Below are positions 22,431 through 34,899 of a stretch of 64,000 nucleotides of DNA, piece by piece. The stretch spans positions 4,402,001-4,466,000 of the forward strand of contig JAWMAR010000131.1 of assembly GCA_036785375.1 (NCBI GenBank). Direction: 5' to 3'. The translations under genes and the position numbers were made by a program. How positions within the stretch are numbered: position 1 is the stretch's first letter; every line of letters begins with the position of its first letter. Source of the DNA: Leucoraja ocellata. Lineage: Eukaryota. The notes beneath the pieces were generated by a model. It saw only the letters and a list, made by a program, of their open reading frames with translations, searched no databases and was not told the DNA's origin.

Positions 22431-22773
22431 CTTACAGCTGGGAAGAAACTGTCCCTGAATCTTTCGGTGTGGGTTTTCAAACATTTGTACCTCATGCCTG
22501 ATGGGAGAGGGGAGAAGAGGGAATGACCGGGGTGAGATTGTTCGTTGATTATGCTGGCAGCCTTGCCGAGGCAGCATGAAGTGTAGATGGAGTCAATGGA
22601 AGGGAGGCTGGTTTGTGTGATGCTCTGGGCTACATCAACAACTATCTTCAATTTCTTGCGATCTTGGATGGAGCTGTTCCCAAACCAGGCTGTCATGCAT
22701 CCCAATAAGATGTGTTCAAGGGCACATCAGTAGAAATTGGTGAGAGTTGTTAGGGACATGCCGACCTTCCTAA

Positions 22774-23344
22774 AGGGGCTGTCCCACTTGGGCGACCTAA
22801 TTGGCGAGTTTCGAAGAGGTTAGGAGAGTTTGATAAAATGATATGTTGAAGACCTCCTTCGACTATGTGAAAACCTCCTTTGACCTCCTTCGACTATGTT
22901 GAAGACCAGCTTCGACTAGCTATGACTAACTTCGGGAAAATTGGATACCGAATAGTGGAGAGTGAAGACGACCTCCTTCCATCTCCATCGACCTCCCTTT
23001 GACGTCCCTTCGACTATGATGAAGACTATCTATGACTACCTTCGACTACCCTCGATTATCCACGCCTAACATGCCGACCTACTACGACCTACTACGAATA
23101 AACCTACGAATAAAAAGGTATTGATTTTTCCATGGCGATCTTTTTTTGCTCGCGGGCAATTTTTAACATGTTGAAAAAAAACGCCACGATGTAACTGAGG
23201 CCTCGAGTACGCAGAGACCACTCTCGAGCATAAAGGAGAGTTACGCAGACCTCCTATGACCTCGTGTCGACCATGCTGCGAGTACGAGTCAAGAGCAAAC
23301 TCGCCAGAACTCACGGATTAGGTCGCCCAAGTGGGACAGGCCCT
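22774..23344. mobile_element. PIF/Harbinger-type MITE
   Basis: 27-bp TIR AGGGGCTGTCCCACTTGGGCGACCTAA (1 mismatch), flanked by TAA/TTA. Removing it restores the Rex1 sequence. Internal TTCGACTA repeats. Confidence 0.85.
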
Positions 23345-24008
23345 TTAGCCTTCTAAGAAAGTCGAGGCGTTGGCATGCTTTCTTGGCCATGGCTTCGATG
23401 TGGCTGGACCAGGACAAATTGTTGGTGATATTTATTCCTTTAAGCTTCCGATCATCTCTGCTTTATCACCATCAATGTAGACTGGGGTTTGTGTACGTCT
23501 TCACTTCTTGAAGTCAATCACAGTTTCCTTTGGCTTGCTGACATTGAGGGAGAGGTTGGTGGCTTGTGTGGGAGAGTTTGTTGTTAGGGAATCCATTGAA
23601 TGAATTCCTCTGTATTGTTAATACATCATTGAAGAACCATGACCCCGTCCATTTAAGTGGCCTTAAATCATCATCATCATGTTTTGTACGACAGTGAAAC
23701 TAAAACTAAAACTCATGTTTCTCTAAAACTAAAACTCGTGTTAAAAAAATGTTAGATGCGGAAAGTCTGTAGTCAGATTAGAAAAGGCTGGGATAATTAG
23801 CAAGTCGGGCAGCAGCTGTGGAGAGAGAAACAAAGCTGATGTTTCAGAGTGATGACCATTCATCAGAATGGGGACGATTTACAAATCGTATATGTTTAAA
23901 GCTGTAGAGAAAGGGGGCAGTGTGGAGAGAAAAAATAAGGGGGATGTTTATCATAGGGTGTAGACCAGGATGGAGTTTCCTTTGACTAACTCCCAGCATT
24001 CAAATGTG

Positions 24009-24130
24009 TAGGAAGGAACTGCAGATGCTGCTTTAAACCAAAGATAAACACAAAATGCTGGAGTAACTCGGCGGGACAGGCAGCATCTCTGGAGAGAAGG
24101 AATGGGTGACGTTTCGGGTCGAGACCCTTT
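24009..24130 (-). mobile_element. Single-arm PLE mini-element
   Basis: TSD TTCAAATGTG at 23999-24008 and 24131-24140. Confidence 0.8.
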
Positions 24131-24454
24131 TTCAAATGTGCGCTGGTAGGTTAGTTGGCTCCTGGAAGTTTCCTCTCAGTATAGATAGACAAAAGAACCA
24201 TTTAGTAAAAGAACATGGACAGATATATGGGTTTAGAGGGCAATGGGCAAAATGCAGGCAATATGCCAACTTGCAGGTCTATTATGCCAACTTGGTTAGT
24301 TAGCGCGGACAAGGTGGTTTAGATTGAGGTTTTATTATTGTCACTTGTACTGAGGTGGAGTCCAGAGAGTCAAGAGTTTGTTATTGTCATATGTACCAAA
24401 ACAGAACAATACAATTCTTATTTGCAGCAGCACAACTGATATGTAACAGAGATG

Positions 24455-24835
24455 TGGTGCAGCGTTAGAGTTGCTGTCTTACAGCGAATGCAGCACTGGA
24501 GACCCGGGTTCGATCCCGACTACTGGCGCTGTCTGTACGGAGTTTGTACGTTCTCCCCGTGACCGCGTGGGTTTTCTCCGAGGTCCTCGGTTTCCTCCCA
24601 CACTCCAAAGACGTAAAGGTTTGTAGGTTCGCCTATTTCCTTCGCTCCATAGATGCTGCTGCATCGATCTTCCAGCACCTGCAGTTCCTTCTTGAACACA
24701 AGGTTTGTAGGTTAATTGGCTTGGAAAATGTAAAACAATTGTCCCTAGTGTGTGTAGAATAGTGTTAATGTGCGGGGATCGCTGGTCGGCGCGGATCCGG
24801 TGGCCGAAGGGCCTGTTTCCGCACTGTATCTCTAA
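24455..24835 (+). mobile_element. SINE with a variant-B PLE arm inserted (24630-24699)
   Basis: Perfect 14-bp TSD AAGGTTTGTAGGTT at 24616-24629 and 24700-24713. Confidence 0.85.
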
Positions 24836-25184
24836 AATTAAAAAAAACCATAACTCTACCAAAGCCATAATAAACAACAAAAAAGTTCAATATGTATAAG
24901 AAAACAGACAAATAAATAGACAATAGTAGTGCAAAGTCAAAAGTAATGTCTCTGAGTCTATAGAGTTTGGAGGTTGTAGTGTTTAATAGATCAGGTAATA
25001 TACTACACCTATAAATACTAGTGTCAAACTCAAGTACGATATATAGAGCAAAGGGGAAGATACAAAGTGCAGAATATAGTTCTGGTGACTGCCGCCGTGA
25101 TGTATAGATCTAGGAGTCAAAGTACGTGTTGAGAGAAAGTAAATTGGAGGAGAATTGTGAAATAAGAGAAGCAATGAGATTAAT

Positions 25185-25526
25185 GTATAGGAAGGAACTG
25201 TACATGTTGGTTTACACCAAAGATAGACACAAAATGCTGGAGTAACTCAGCCAGACAAGCAGCATCTCTGGAGAGAAGGAATGAGTGACGTTTCGGGCCG
25301 AGACCCATCTTCAGGTTAATCGGAGGTACACAAAAATGCTGGAGAAACTCAGCGGGTGCAGCAGCATCTATGGAGCGAAGGAAATAGGCGACGTTTCGGG
25401 CGTGAGCAACACCGGAAATTGGAGGAACAGCACCTCATATTCCGCCTGGGTTGCTTGCGTCCGGATGGCATGAACATTGAATTCTCCCAATTTTGCTAGC
25501 CATTGCTGTCTCCTCCCCTTCCTTAA
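25185..25526. mobile_element. PLE arms (A then B) joined to a PLE ORF C-terminus
   Basis: 25401-25499 (+) reads REQHRKLEEQHLIFRLGCLRPDGMNIEFSQFC*; the sequence runs into the gap. Confidence 0.75.
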
Positions 25527-25673
25527 NNNNNNNNNNNNNNNNNNNNNNNNNNNNNNNNNNNNNNNNNNNNNNNNNNNNNNNNNNNNNNNNNNNNNNNNNN
25601 NNNNNNNNNNNNNNNNNNNNNNNNNNNNNNNNNNNNNNNNNNNNNNNNNNNNNNNNNNNNNNNNNNNNNNNNN
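25527..25673. other. Assembly gap (147 N)
   Basis: Run of N. Confidence 1.
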
Positions 25674-26021
25674 ATCAGTGATATCTCCTTCAGGTTAATG
25701 GGGTTGGTCTGCTGGGATTGGCTAAATGGGTTCCTTCTGTGTCTTGTTGTGGATCCTTATCTTCTGGTCAACTATCTTGTTAAACAAACCCAATCTGCTC
25801 AACCCCAATTGTACTTAACAACTCTTAATTACTACTTATCTCAAATACAAATTTAACAATTACATCCGAAACTTGATATGGTCAGTGTTGCGCTGAGGGT
25901 GAAGCTGGTCTTTGCTCAGCCCAGGGTTCTCATCTTTGCAGCAGTTGATTGTGAGTTATTGCTACTCATGGCTCTGATGTTCCCTTTTTTTTTAAAATGT
26001 GTCTCTTCCTATCTTATAGAA

Positions 26022-26318
26022 CAGTGGTTCTTAACCTGGGTGGACAAAAATGCTGGAGAAAATCAATGGGTGAAGCAGCATCTATGGAGCGAAGGAATAG
26101 GTGACGTTTCGGGTCGAGACCCTTCGTCAAACTGATGTGGAGTTTGGGGGGATCTTAACCTGGGGGTCGTTTGGGGCTTTACTGGGGGAAATGAAGGAGT
26201 CCTAAGTATCATATCCATTTGTTGTGCCCATTTTTAGGAACCTAACAAAGGTACATACCACATACCGTATTTTGTTTGTGTATGCGTGTACGTATGCCAT
26301 AAAGGTTCAGAACCACTG
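26022..26318. mobile_element. hAT (Charlie-like) MITE carrying a PLE arm
   Basis: TIRs CAGTGGTTCTTAACCT / AGGTTCAGAACCACTG; degenerate 8-bp TSD TTATAGAA/TGATGGAA. PLE insert 26041-26152 has a 12-bp TSD TCTTAACCTGGG. Confidence 0.7.
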
Positions 26319-26382
26319 TGATGGAAGCTTTGTTGGATGCTCCTTCTGGAGATAACATGATTTTTAGATCATCCATTTACAG

Positions 26383-26668
26383 GTTGGCATAGTGGCACAG
26401 TGGTAAAGTTGTTCCCCTACAGCGCCAGAGACCCAGGTTCGATGCTGACTATGGGTGCTGTCTGTACGGAGTTTGTAAGTCCTCCCTGTGACTGCATGAG
26501 TTTTCTCTAGGGACCCTGGTTTCTTCCCACACTCCAAAATGTCCAGGTTTGTAGGTTAATTGGCTTTGATAAAGATTGTAAATTGTCCCTATTGTGTAGG
26601 ATAGTGTTAATGTGTACTGATCGATCGCTGGTTGGTGTGAGCTAAAGGACCTGATTCCGTGCTGTATT
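26383..26668 (+). mobile_element. tRNA-derived SINE
   Basis: A/B boxes and body. Confidence 0.8.
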
Positions 26669-26906
26669 ACTAAGGGTTTGCTGGATGCTGCTTTGGCCCG
26701 TCAAGTCTACTCTGCAATTCATTCATGGCTGATCTATTTTTCCCTATTTTAACCTCATTCTCCTGCTTTCTCCCCATAACCCCTGACACCTGTAATGACT
26801 GTGTGATTCTGAGATCATCCATAAACAGGGCAGATCTGCTCCAATGTCCTCTTTCCAACTTCCCTAGTCGGAAACCTTGCAACTGTAATGATTCAGGTGA
26901 TCCTTT

Positions 26907-27210
26907 GGGGCAGCATGGTGGCGCAGCAGTAGAGTTGTTGCCTTGCAGTGTAAGAGACGCGGGTTTGAACCCGACTACGGGTGCCGTCTGTACGGAGTTT
27001 GTATATTCTCCCCTTGACCTGCCTTGGTTTTCTCCGAGATTTTGGGTTTCCTCCCACACTCCAAAGACGTGCAGGTTTGTAGGTTAATTGTCTTTGATTT
27101 GTATACGTGTAAATTGTCCCTAGTATGTTATGGTGTAAATGTGCGGGGATCGCTGGTCGGCGCGACTTGGTGGGCCAAAGGGCCTGTTTCCGTGCTGTAT
27201 CTCAAACTGA
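26907..27210 (+). mobile_element. tRNA-derived SINE
   Basis: A/B boxes, body and tail. Confidence 0.85.
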
Positions 27211-27234
27211 AAAAACTTTGCCTTCAACATTGTT

Positions 27235-27577
27235 TGAACCACACCACCCTGGCCACACTCCCATTTCACTCCAGCCATCGGGACAAGGCTATAGGAAACT
27301 GAAATCTGTAATGTTCAGGAACAGCTGCTTTCCAACACCCATCAGGCTATTCAACACGATGAACTCCAACTAAACTCTGTCTTAATTAAGACAAACTGTC
27401 TTAATTGCTCCAGGGATCTAGGGGGCATTGTTTTTGTCTTTACACTAGATTGTTTCTTGTTTTTTATATATTGAAAATATTTCTTCTTTATGATGGTGTC
27501 TGCTGAGCACTTTGTTCCACTGTGTTGCTGCAAGTAAGAATATCATTGTTCCATTACAGGACAATAAAACTCTCTTG
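27235..27577 (+). mobile_element. Rex1-like 3' fragment
   Basis: HPGHTPISLQPSGQGYRKL...FRNSCFPTPIRLFN; ends GACAATAAA. Confidence 0.65.
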
Positions 27578-27689
27578 AATGAGCAGTCTGGTTTTCTATT
27601 CTAACAAAATTGTGCTTTTGATAGACTGTTTTCCCCATTATGCCGCGCCGAGGTTTAGTTGTTGGCTGCATGGCTACAAAAATAATCGC

Positions 27690-27980
27690 ATTTAGATTAG
27701 AGATACAGCATGGAAACGGGCCCTTTGGCCCACTAGGTTCACACTGACAATCAATCACTTGTTCTGTGTTAACCCACTTCTGTATCAACTCTCTCTACTT
27801 TAGAGGGATTTAAAAAAAATACATATATTTTTATTAAGAGGCCAATTAACCGACCACCCCACCCAACATTAGGATGTGGGAGGAAACCGGAGCACCCGGT
27901 CAAAACCCACACAGTCTCTGGGTGAACGTGGAAACTCTGCAGAGACAGCAGCTGAGGTCGGGATTAAGCCCAGGTTCAGT
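27690..27980 (-). mobile_element. Diverged tRNA-derived SINE
   Basis: Tail and central domain recognisable. Confidence 0.7.
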
Positions 27981-28434
27981 GGTACTTTGTGGTCACATGG
28001 ACCTAGATACGGTGAAATTCCTTGTTTTGCACGTAATTCAGTGATATAAACACGAACCTACCCGAGTGCAAGACTGCAGTGTATCAATAATAGATTGCAC
28101 TGGGACAATACGCAGAGTTGCCACCCCCCCCCCCGACTATCTGTGGTTAGACTTTACTGGTCTGATCTTGCACAAAATATTATTCCCTTGTGTACCTGCA
28201 CACTGTAAATGGCTCGATTGTAATCATGCATTGTCTTTCCACTGACTGGTTGACACACAGCAAAAGCTTTTCACTGTACCTCGTTACACGTGACAATAAA
28301 CGGAACTGTTTCTACTGCCATTTTGAAGTCTTCATGTCACAGTCGGGCAGCAGCTCCACCAGCTGCGCCCCAATGCCACCCACATAAGTAAGTCTTTTTC
28401 CCATCCTTCTCTGCATAGACTTTACAGACACTTG

Positions 28435-28700
28435 GTAGAAACAGTCCCTTCGGCCCATCGAGTCTGTGCTGATCACCCCAGCACTAGCACATCCTACACA
28501 CTGGGGACAATTTACACTATGCAGGAGCCAATTAACCTGCAAACCTAGACGTCTTTGGAGTGTGGGAGGAAATCGGAGCACCAGGACAAACCCCACACGG
28601 TCGCGGGGAGAACATAAAACTCCGTACAGACAGCACCCCTGGTCGGGATCGAACCCGGGTCTCTGGCGCTGCAAGGCAGCATCTCTACCACTGCACCACC
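28435..28700 (-). mobile_element. tRNA-derived SINE
   Basis: Colinear with the other copies. Confidence 0.8.
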
Positions 28701-29189
28701 TCTGCAGTTACTGCTCAACCTGCTGTGTATATCCAGTGCTTTCTATTTTTACCCTGGGGTTTGTGTGACGTTGACTTGCAGATCAATAACCTGGCATTTT
28801 TGTGTCTGGTCCTAATCCTGGGGGTGGTGTAAGCAAGATGGGATGGAGAGAGGAGAGCAGAGTGGTGGAGAGAGAGGTGGAAGGGGCAAGACCATCCCAC
28901 TCCCAAAAATCGTTGGGAACAAGTATATTTTTCAATGAGGGTACAAAATGCAATTGTTGAAAATGTACCAAAAAATGTGGTTACGTTTAAATTGCTGCAC
29001 TCGCCCTGATCCAGGCAGATGTAAATATATTTATAGTTGATATTTTATACATATAAATGTAAACGTGTAGAATCGTTATAACAGCATCTGCAGTTCCTTC
29101 CTGCACATTGTATTATGCATATATGTTTTAAGTCCCACATGCATGCTGCAGCAATGTACGGTGGTGGGGATTCTGTATTAAAGAGTGGT

Positions 29190-29389
29190 AGCGCTGGCGA
29201 AGAGGCTGCGTGTGTACAGATCGCTTCTTCTGTGCTAGCACAGGAGAGAATGCAGTGATTTTTTTAAAACAAAAACGACAGTATAGTGGGTGGCTGCGCT
29301 CTGCATTGTCATGTAAATCCTTCAGAGGGGAGGGGGTGGCATTTCTACTTCGTCTTCGCCTTGTCACCAACCCCTGCACTTGCATCCTC

Positions 29390-29424
<35 letters not shown>

Positions 29425-29700
29425 TCCCTCTCTCCACCCCTCTCTCCTTTCCCTTGCCCATCGCTGGGCGGAGTTGCTGACGTGCTGGTGGCTCTGGAGA
29501 GGAGAGGGAGAGGGGAGAGAGGGAGAGGGTGGTGGAGCGCCGCGCACCTGCAGCATAGAATTTGACAGAGAGAGAGAGAGACACACACACACACACATAC
29601 ACACACAAGCGTAGAGCCAGCCCAGTGCAGCGCTTGAAGGAGAGCAAGGAGCAGCAGCGCAGACTTAGCTCCCAGTATCTCTCTCTCTGCTTTATGAAGA
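29190..29700 (+). promoter_or_regulatory. Putative Pol II promoter/TSS region of an unidentified gene
   Basis: Non-repeat CpG enrichment, GC box GGGCGG 29466-29471, CRE-like TGACGT 29478-29483, (TC)n/(CA)n/(GA)n tracts; start of a ~3.7-kb TE-free block. Confidence 0.55.
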
Positions 29701-29812
29701 GCAGAGACACCCAACACCAAAGAGGGCTTATATTTTAATTTAAACTTTGCCCGACTTTATTTTTCCGTCTGTGTGTAGTGTAGTGTTGTGTGTGTAGTGT
29801 GTGTGTGTGTGC
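29393..29812. repeat. Compound microsatellites (TC)n(CA)n, (GA)n(CA)n, (TG)n
   Basis: Seen directly at ~29393-29422, ~29567-29606 and ~29770-29812. Confidence 0.9.
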
Positions 29813-30321
29813 GCCCAGGGATAAATGCACTTGGCGAAATGCAAACCACCGCTGCAATCCTTCGGATCGCTCTGCTTATTTGCTTGGACGGGGTGAGAAA
29901 ACGATTCTTGTTAATAGCTGGTGATAAATGTATTTGGTTGTGGTGGTGGTGCTTGGACGCCGCAGTTAGCGTTAAAAGCACGCCTTTTCCTCGCTGTCTT
30001 TTCTGTTTCTCCCCTGCTAAAATTTGCACTGTAAATCCCCCCCTAAATTTCCCCGCATCCTGTTTTATGGTCCCTCTTTTAGGGGGCATTTCTGGAGGGA
30101 GGGCAGGGGGTGAAAAATAAAACTGCCCCCCCCCCCCCCCTGGGGTGAGAGCTGTTTTAACCAGCAATAAGTTTGAATGGACAATGTTTCTGCTTGATCG
30201 TCTTAGGCAACGGCGGCGGGTGTTGGAAGGGAAATAACCGCCTGCAAGACTGGATTTTCCGAAGATGTATATGCAGTGTTTATTTCCAGGACTGTAGCTG
30301 CGGGCCAGAGTTTTCTTCAAG
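29540..30321 (+). other. Putative non-coding first exon (5' UTR); start approximate
   Basis: Ends at a consensus donor CAAG|GTAAGA. The ATGs close to the donor open only short uORFs (e.g. MFLLDRLRQRRRVLEGK*, MYMQCLFPGL*). Confidence 0.45.
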
Positions 30322-32906
30322 GTAAGAGCAGCGAGATGTACAGACGCCGTGCGTTTTCTCTCTGACCCTCTCCCTCTCCCCCTCTATCTAAGCTAGCTGC
30401 GCCTAACACTGGGGGTGAAATCCTCCAGCCCGAAGATCTTAGAGCCACGATCTTTGCTCCAGCCCTTCCTTACCTTGGAGGGTGTGATTCTTGTCACGGT
30501 GCAAGTGACAATATTAACTCTGATCAGTGTAGACGTGTGTACCAACCCCCACCTCCCCAGCGACTCATTAGCCTGAATAAAACTTTCATTGTCTGATCTT
30601 TGGAGCTGGTGCTGATGAAGGGTTGTGTTTTGCGAGGATGTGAATTGGAGGAGATGAGTTCCCTCTAGTCCAGTAATTCTGGCTGTGGATCTGCAGAACC
30701 GGCACCTCCTGCCTTCTGCAACTAACTGCCTTGTTATTTGTTCGTGCCGATGTGAGGATTGATCGCTCTGGTATATTTCGCCTCTCCCCTCCTGAATGGT
30801 GCTTGCAATTGAGTAATTAAAGCTGCCCAGTGCTTTGAGAATCAGTTATTTTAAAGACATTTAATTTCGTCTTCCCCCTCTTCCCTCTGTTCCCAGCCGT
30901 GTGATGAGTGGGTGTAACATCTCAGTTTGCACCCTTGAAACTTTGAAAGCTGTGCAGTGTGGTGTGTGTGTGTGAGAGAGAGATGCTGCTGCTGTAAAAG
31001 GGATGTGAGCTGTTGTAGCCGGTACCGTTTCTAATTGCTGCATCTGGGTCCAGATTGCAGCGTTTCATTCACCGCCCGCTGGCTTGATCGCTGTAAATTC
31101 TCCCTATATTTTATTTTAGTTGGGACTGCAGAGTTAAATGCAGTGGAGAAACCACTGTGGATTGAAACAGTGAACCAGCGGGGTGTTACACTGTATCAAT
31201 CTGTCTCTCTCTGTCTCTCTGTGTCTCGTCTTCTTTGGCTGACGCCCGGACGTGTTAATCACATTTAGTGGACTTTTTTTTAAATGTTTTAACTTTGATC
31301 TTTTTAAGGCAAGAATTCTGGCTGTGTGTGTGTGTGTGTGTGTGTGGGAATTATGAAAATCCGGTGATAATTTAGGAGATGGGACTGGGGAAAGGGATGG
31401 CTGGCTCTCGCCTGCTCGTTTCAGTGGGGGAGAGAGTTGGTTCCAAGGGGGAAAAGATTATCGAAGCGGTGATTTTTGTTAGGTTTTTAATCATGGCAGC
31501 GGTGTGAATGACTTAAACCGACAGTCTCGTTAACGTAGAAGTCGATGGCACGGGTTCAGAAGAGGCATATTGTTTTGATGCGCTCGCCCCGGCAATACTG
31601 ACAAAATAAAAATCCTTCTTGGAATGTGGACTGTCACCTTGGAAGACATGAAAGAAGAATTGTCTTCTTTCTCGTTGTGGGTGGGGTGGTGGAGGAAGTG
31701 TGTGTGTACATACTGTTTGAACAGATAGACCAACCGGCCGAGTGGCCTTCTAATCAGCGCTGGGTGGGATATACCACACAGTGCAGGTCTGTTCAAAGTT
31801 CCCCACCACATAGATTGATGGTGTCCTTTGGCTCGAGGCCAAGGTGACTTCGTGGAAGGTGCAACGTTTGTGAGATACGGATTACTGGTGGCTGGTGATA
31901 TTTGTGCGGTGTGGTTCTATCAGATGCAATGTCATTACCGTGCTAAACTTGGCAATTAATTCTGAAACTGTTCGTTTCACTGCAGTAGTGGTCCCTCACG
32001 CCCTGTTTCCAAAAACAGAACCTGTGTATTTTTACTGTCCAGAGTAGTTGACATGAAAACTGATGAAATTAATTGATCAAGAATTGATTATTGAAATTAA
32101 TTGATCAAAACTTGATAGTTGCTGCAAATTAATGCAAAAGGCATTAATACACCTGCTAAAACTTGCTTAATATGGGCGACACATTGCTGTGTATTATGAA
32201 TAATCATACAAGATATCTTTAATGCATAAGCAATATGAAAATGCCTTGTATTTTACCTGAATGAATAAAATTAACGGAGATCGATATTAAGGCTGAGTTG
32301 TGCATGATCTACAAAGACCACACATAGCTGGGTAGCAGTTGAACCTGCAACATGGTCATCTAGAATGCTGAATTGTATGTCGAGTTTGTACTGAGCTCGC
32401 CAATGTTTGGTGACCTGTGGTTCTTGGGACCTGATCAAAGTGGGTAACTCGCCTGTTGGCTTCCAATACAATTTGACACAATAAACTGAAAACTGAGTTT
32501 GTTTGTTGTTTTATTATCGTGGCTATTATTCTATTATTGTGTTTCAACATCCCTTGAATTAATGATGTTCCTAGCGAATGAACCAATCCTTATAAAAACA
32601 TTTCAACCTGTCACAGGCAATGACTAGAAGTAGTCCATGTTACAGTTAGCGGTTTTAATGCAGTAAAACTCACTAATAGACTTCTTATTACAAGGAGCAG
32701 CAATGCAATTCTCAGAACTGAAGATCCTTTGATTATAATCCTTGCAATGAATTGAAACAAAAAGTGTTTGCCCTTTGTTCTTCTTCTCTTATCCAGCTTG
32801 TGCAGTTTGGAAATTTTAATTCTGTCTAACTTGGCCCAACCTTTCATTCCCCGATAAGCAGATGAGTTATTTTATTTTTTCTCTCGTCTCCAAAATGGAT
32901 CATAAG

Positions 32907-33240
32907 GGTAGGGATGAACTGCAGATGCTGATTTAAACCGAAGTTAGACACAAAAAGCTGGAGTAACTCAGCAGGACAGGCGGCATCTCTGGAGAAAAGG
33001 AATGGGTGACTTTTCTGGTCTGACGAAGGGTCTCATCCTGAAATGTCACCCTTTCCTTCTCTCCAGAGATGCTGCCTGTCCTGCTGAGTTATAAGGTCAT
33101 AAATGATGGGAGCAGAATTAGGCCATTTGGCCCATCAAGTCTACTCTGCCATTCAATCATGGCTGATCTATCTCTCCCTCCTAACCCCATTCTCCTGCCT
33201 CCTCCCCCCCATAACCCCTGACACCCATACTAATCAAGAC
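32907..33240. mobile_element. PLE palindrome fused to a minus-strand CR1 tail
   Basis: Inverted arms with CTGACGAAGGG...GAAATGTC at 33020; CR1 tail from ~33093. Confidence 0.75.
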
Positions 33241-34753
33241 TCTTGATTCGGATGGTGGCAGCGTTGTATTCAGGCTGCTATCATTTATTTTGACGATGAG
33301 GGAAGTTAAGGAAAAAACTAAGTGAATGGAAACTGATTTGAATTGAGGACTTTAGCAGTTGCTTCCATCGTGAATGCGATCAACTTAATTCCTGGCCCGT
33401 TTTTTCTAGCATTGCTTTATTGAGGTGTCCTTGGTTAGGAGTATGTGATATTCCTGATTGCACACTGTGGCTGAAATCTATGGAGACCAAGCACTGCAGA
33501 TGGATGTTGGTTGGTGCACAAAAGGACACAATGTGCTGGAGTAACTCAGCAGGTCAGGGAGTTACAAGAAGGAGCTTGACCTGAGATGTCACGCAGCTTA
33601 TGTTCTCCAGAGGTGTTGCCTGACCTGCTGAGTTACTCCAGCACTTTGTGTTCTTTTCTTTTGCAGGTATATTTGTCCTGGATTTTCTGGGGTGTTCTTT
33701 AAGGGTTTGAACTTTTAAGGAAAGCTGGAGGTTAGATCAGCCAATAGTGACCATAAGACCATCCACCGGGTAAATGAGATTTGTGAAATTAAAAATCAAA
33801 AAACATTTGCTTGAATGGAAGTTTATAATATTTTTTTAAAACTCATTGTAGATTCTGAAGCGGGTTGATGCCTAAATGTTAGAGATACAGCATGAAACAG
33901 GCCCTTCGGCCCACTGAGTCCTTGCTGACTATCAATCGTTTTTTCCTCATCTCAGTTCTAAATAACCTACCTCTTAATTCTTAAACCGTGGCCCCTGGTT
34001 CTGTTCTTCCACCAACCTCGGTCATACAGTATGGAAAACCGGCCCTTCAGCCCAACTTGCCATGCCAACCAACATGGCCCATATCCACTAGTCTCACTTG
34101 CCTCCATTTGGCTAGTATCCCTCTTATCCTCTCCATATACCTATGGAGAGCAGGAATGGGTGATGTTTCGGGTCGAGACCCTTCTTCATTCTGAAGTAAC
34201 GTCACCCATTCCTTCTCTCCAGCGATGCTGTCTGTCCCGCTAAGTTACTCCAGCATTTTGTGTCTGTCTTCAGTGTTAACCTGCATCTACAGTTCTTTTC
34301 TACACACTATCCATGTACCTGTCCAAATGAATCTTAAACACTGTGATAGCACCTGCAAAGGAATAAATCTGTCGGGCATATTTATTCAATTAATTTACTA
34401 ACCAACCTGTCTTTGGGATGTGGGAGGAAACTGGGGCAGCCAGAGGAAACCTATATTGTTAGAAGGGGAACAAGAACATTTCACAAGGGCTTTAGCAGAG
34501 GTCAGGATCGCACCTGATTTGTATTATGTTTATATTCAGCTTTACTGCTCTGAACCCATGCTCTCCCATTTGTATTATATCTGATTGTCTTTAACATTGA
34601 AGACTACAGATATATTTTGCTTAATTGGGGAATTGTTAGATTATTACATTTAAAATTCAATGGTTCAGTTCAGTGAAACCTTATTAACACATGTAGCTAG
34701 GCACAGTGAAATGTTTGCATACAACCTGGTAAAATCATTTAGCAGACCTCATA

Positions 34754-34899
34754 AGTCATACAGTGTGGAAACTGGCCCAACTTGCCCACACTGGCCAACA
34801 TGTCCCAGCTACACTAGTCATAGAGTGATACAGTGTGGAAACAGGCCCTTCGGCCCAACTTGCCCACATTGGCCAACATGTCCCAGCTACACTAGTCAT
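34754..34899 (-). repeat. Tandem duplication of a CR1/HER1-like 3' tail
   Basis: Two ~70-nt units, both ending GGCCAACATGTCCCAGCTACACTAGTCAT. Confidence 0.8.

Larger units (their letters stand above)
21690..23560 (-). mobile_element. Rex1/Babar LINE fragment with two nested insertions
   Basis: CMTAWFGN...HPGHSLFSPLPSG...RFRDSFFPAV; interrupted at 21930-22430 and 22774-23344. Confidence 0.8.

Noticed and set aside
22850-23100. CRISPR-like short repeats (TTCGACTA)
   Set aside because: Irregular, short and degenerate, inside a TIR-bounded MITE in eukaryotic DNA, with no cas genes.
29128-30320. Long ORFs (up to 187 aa) across the promoter region
   Set aside because: Driven by microsatellites and low complexity (CVCV, THTH, poly-G); no protein family recognised.
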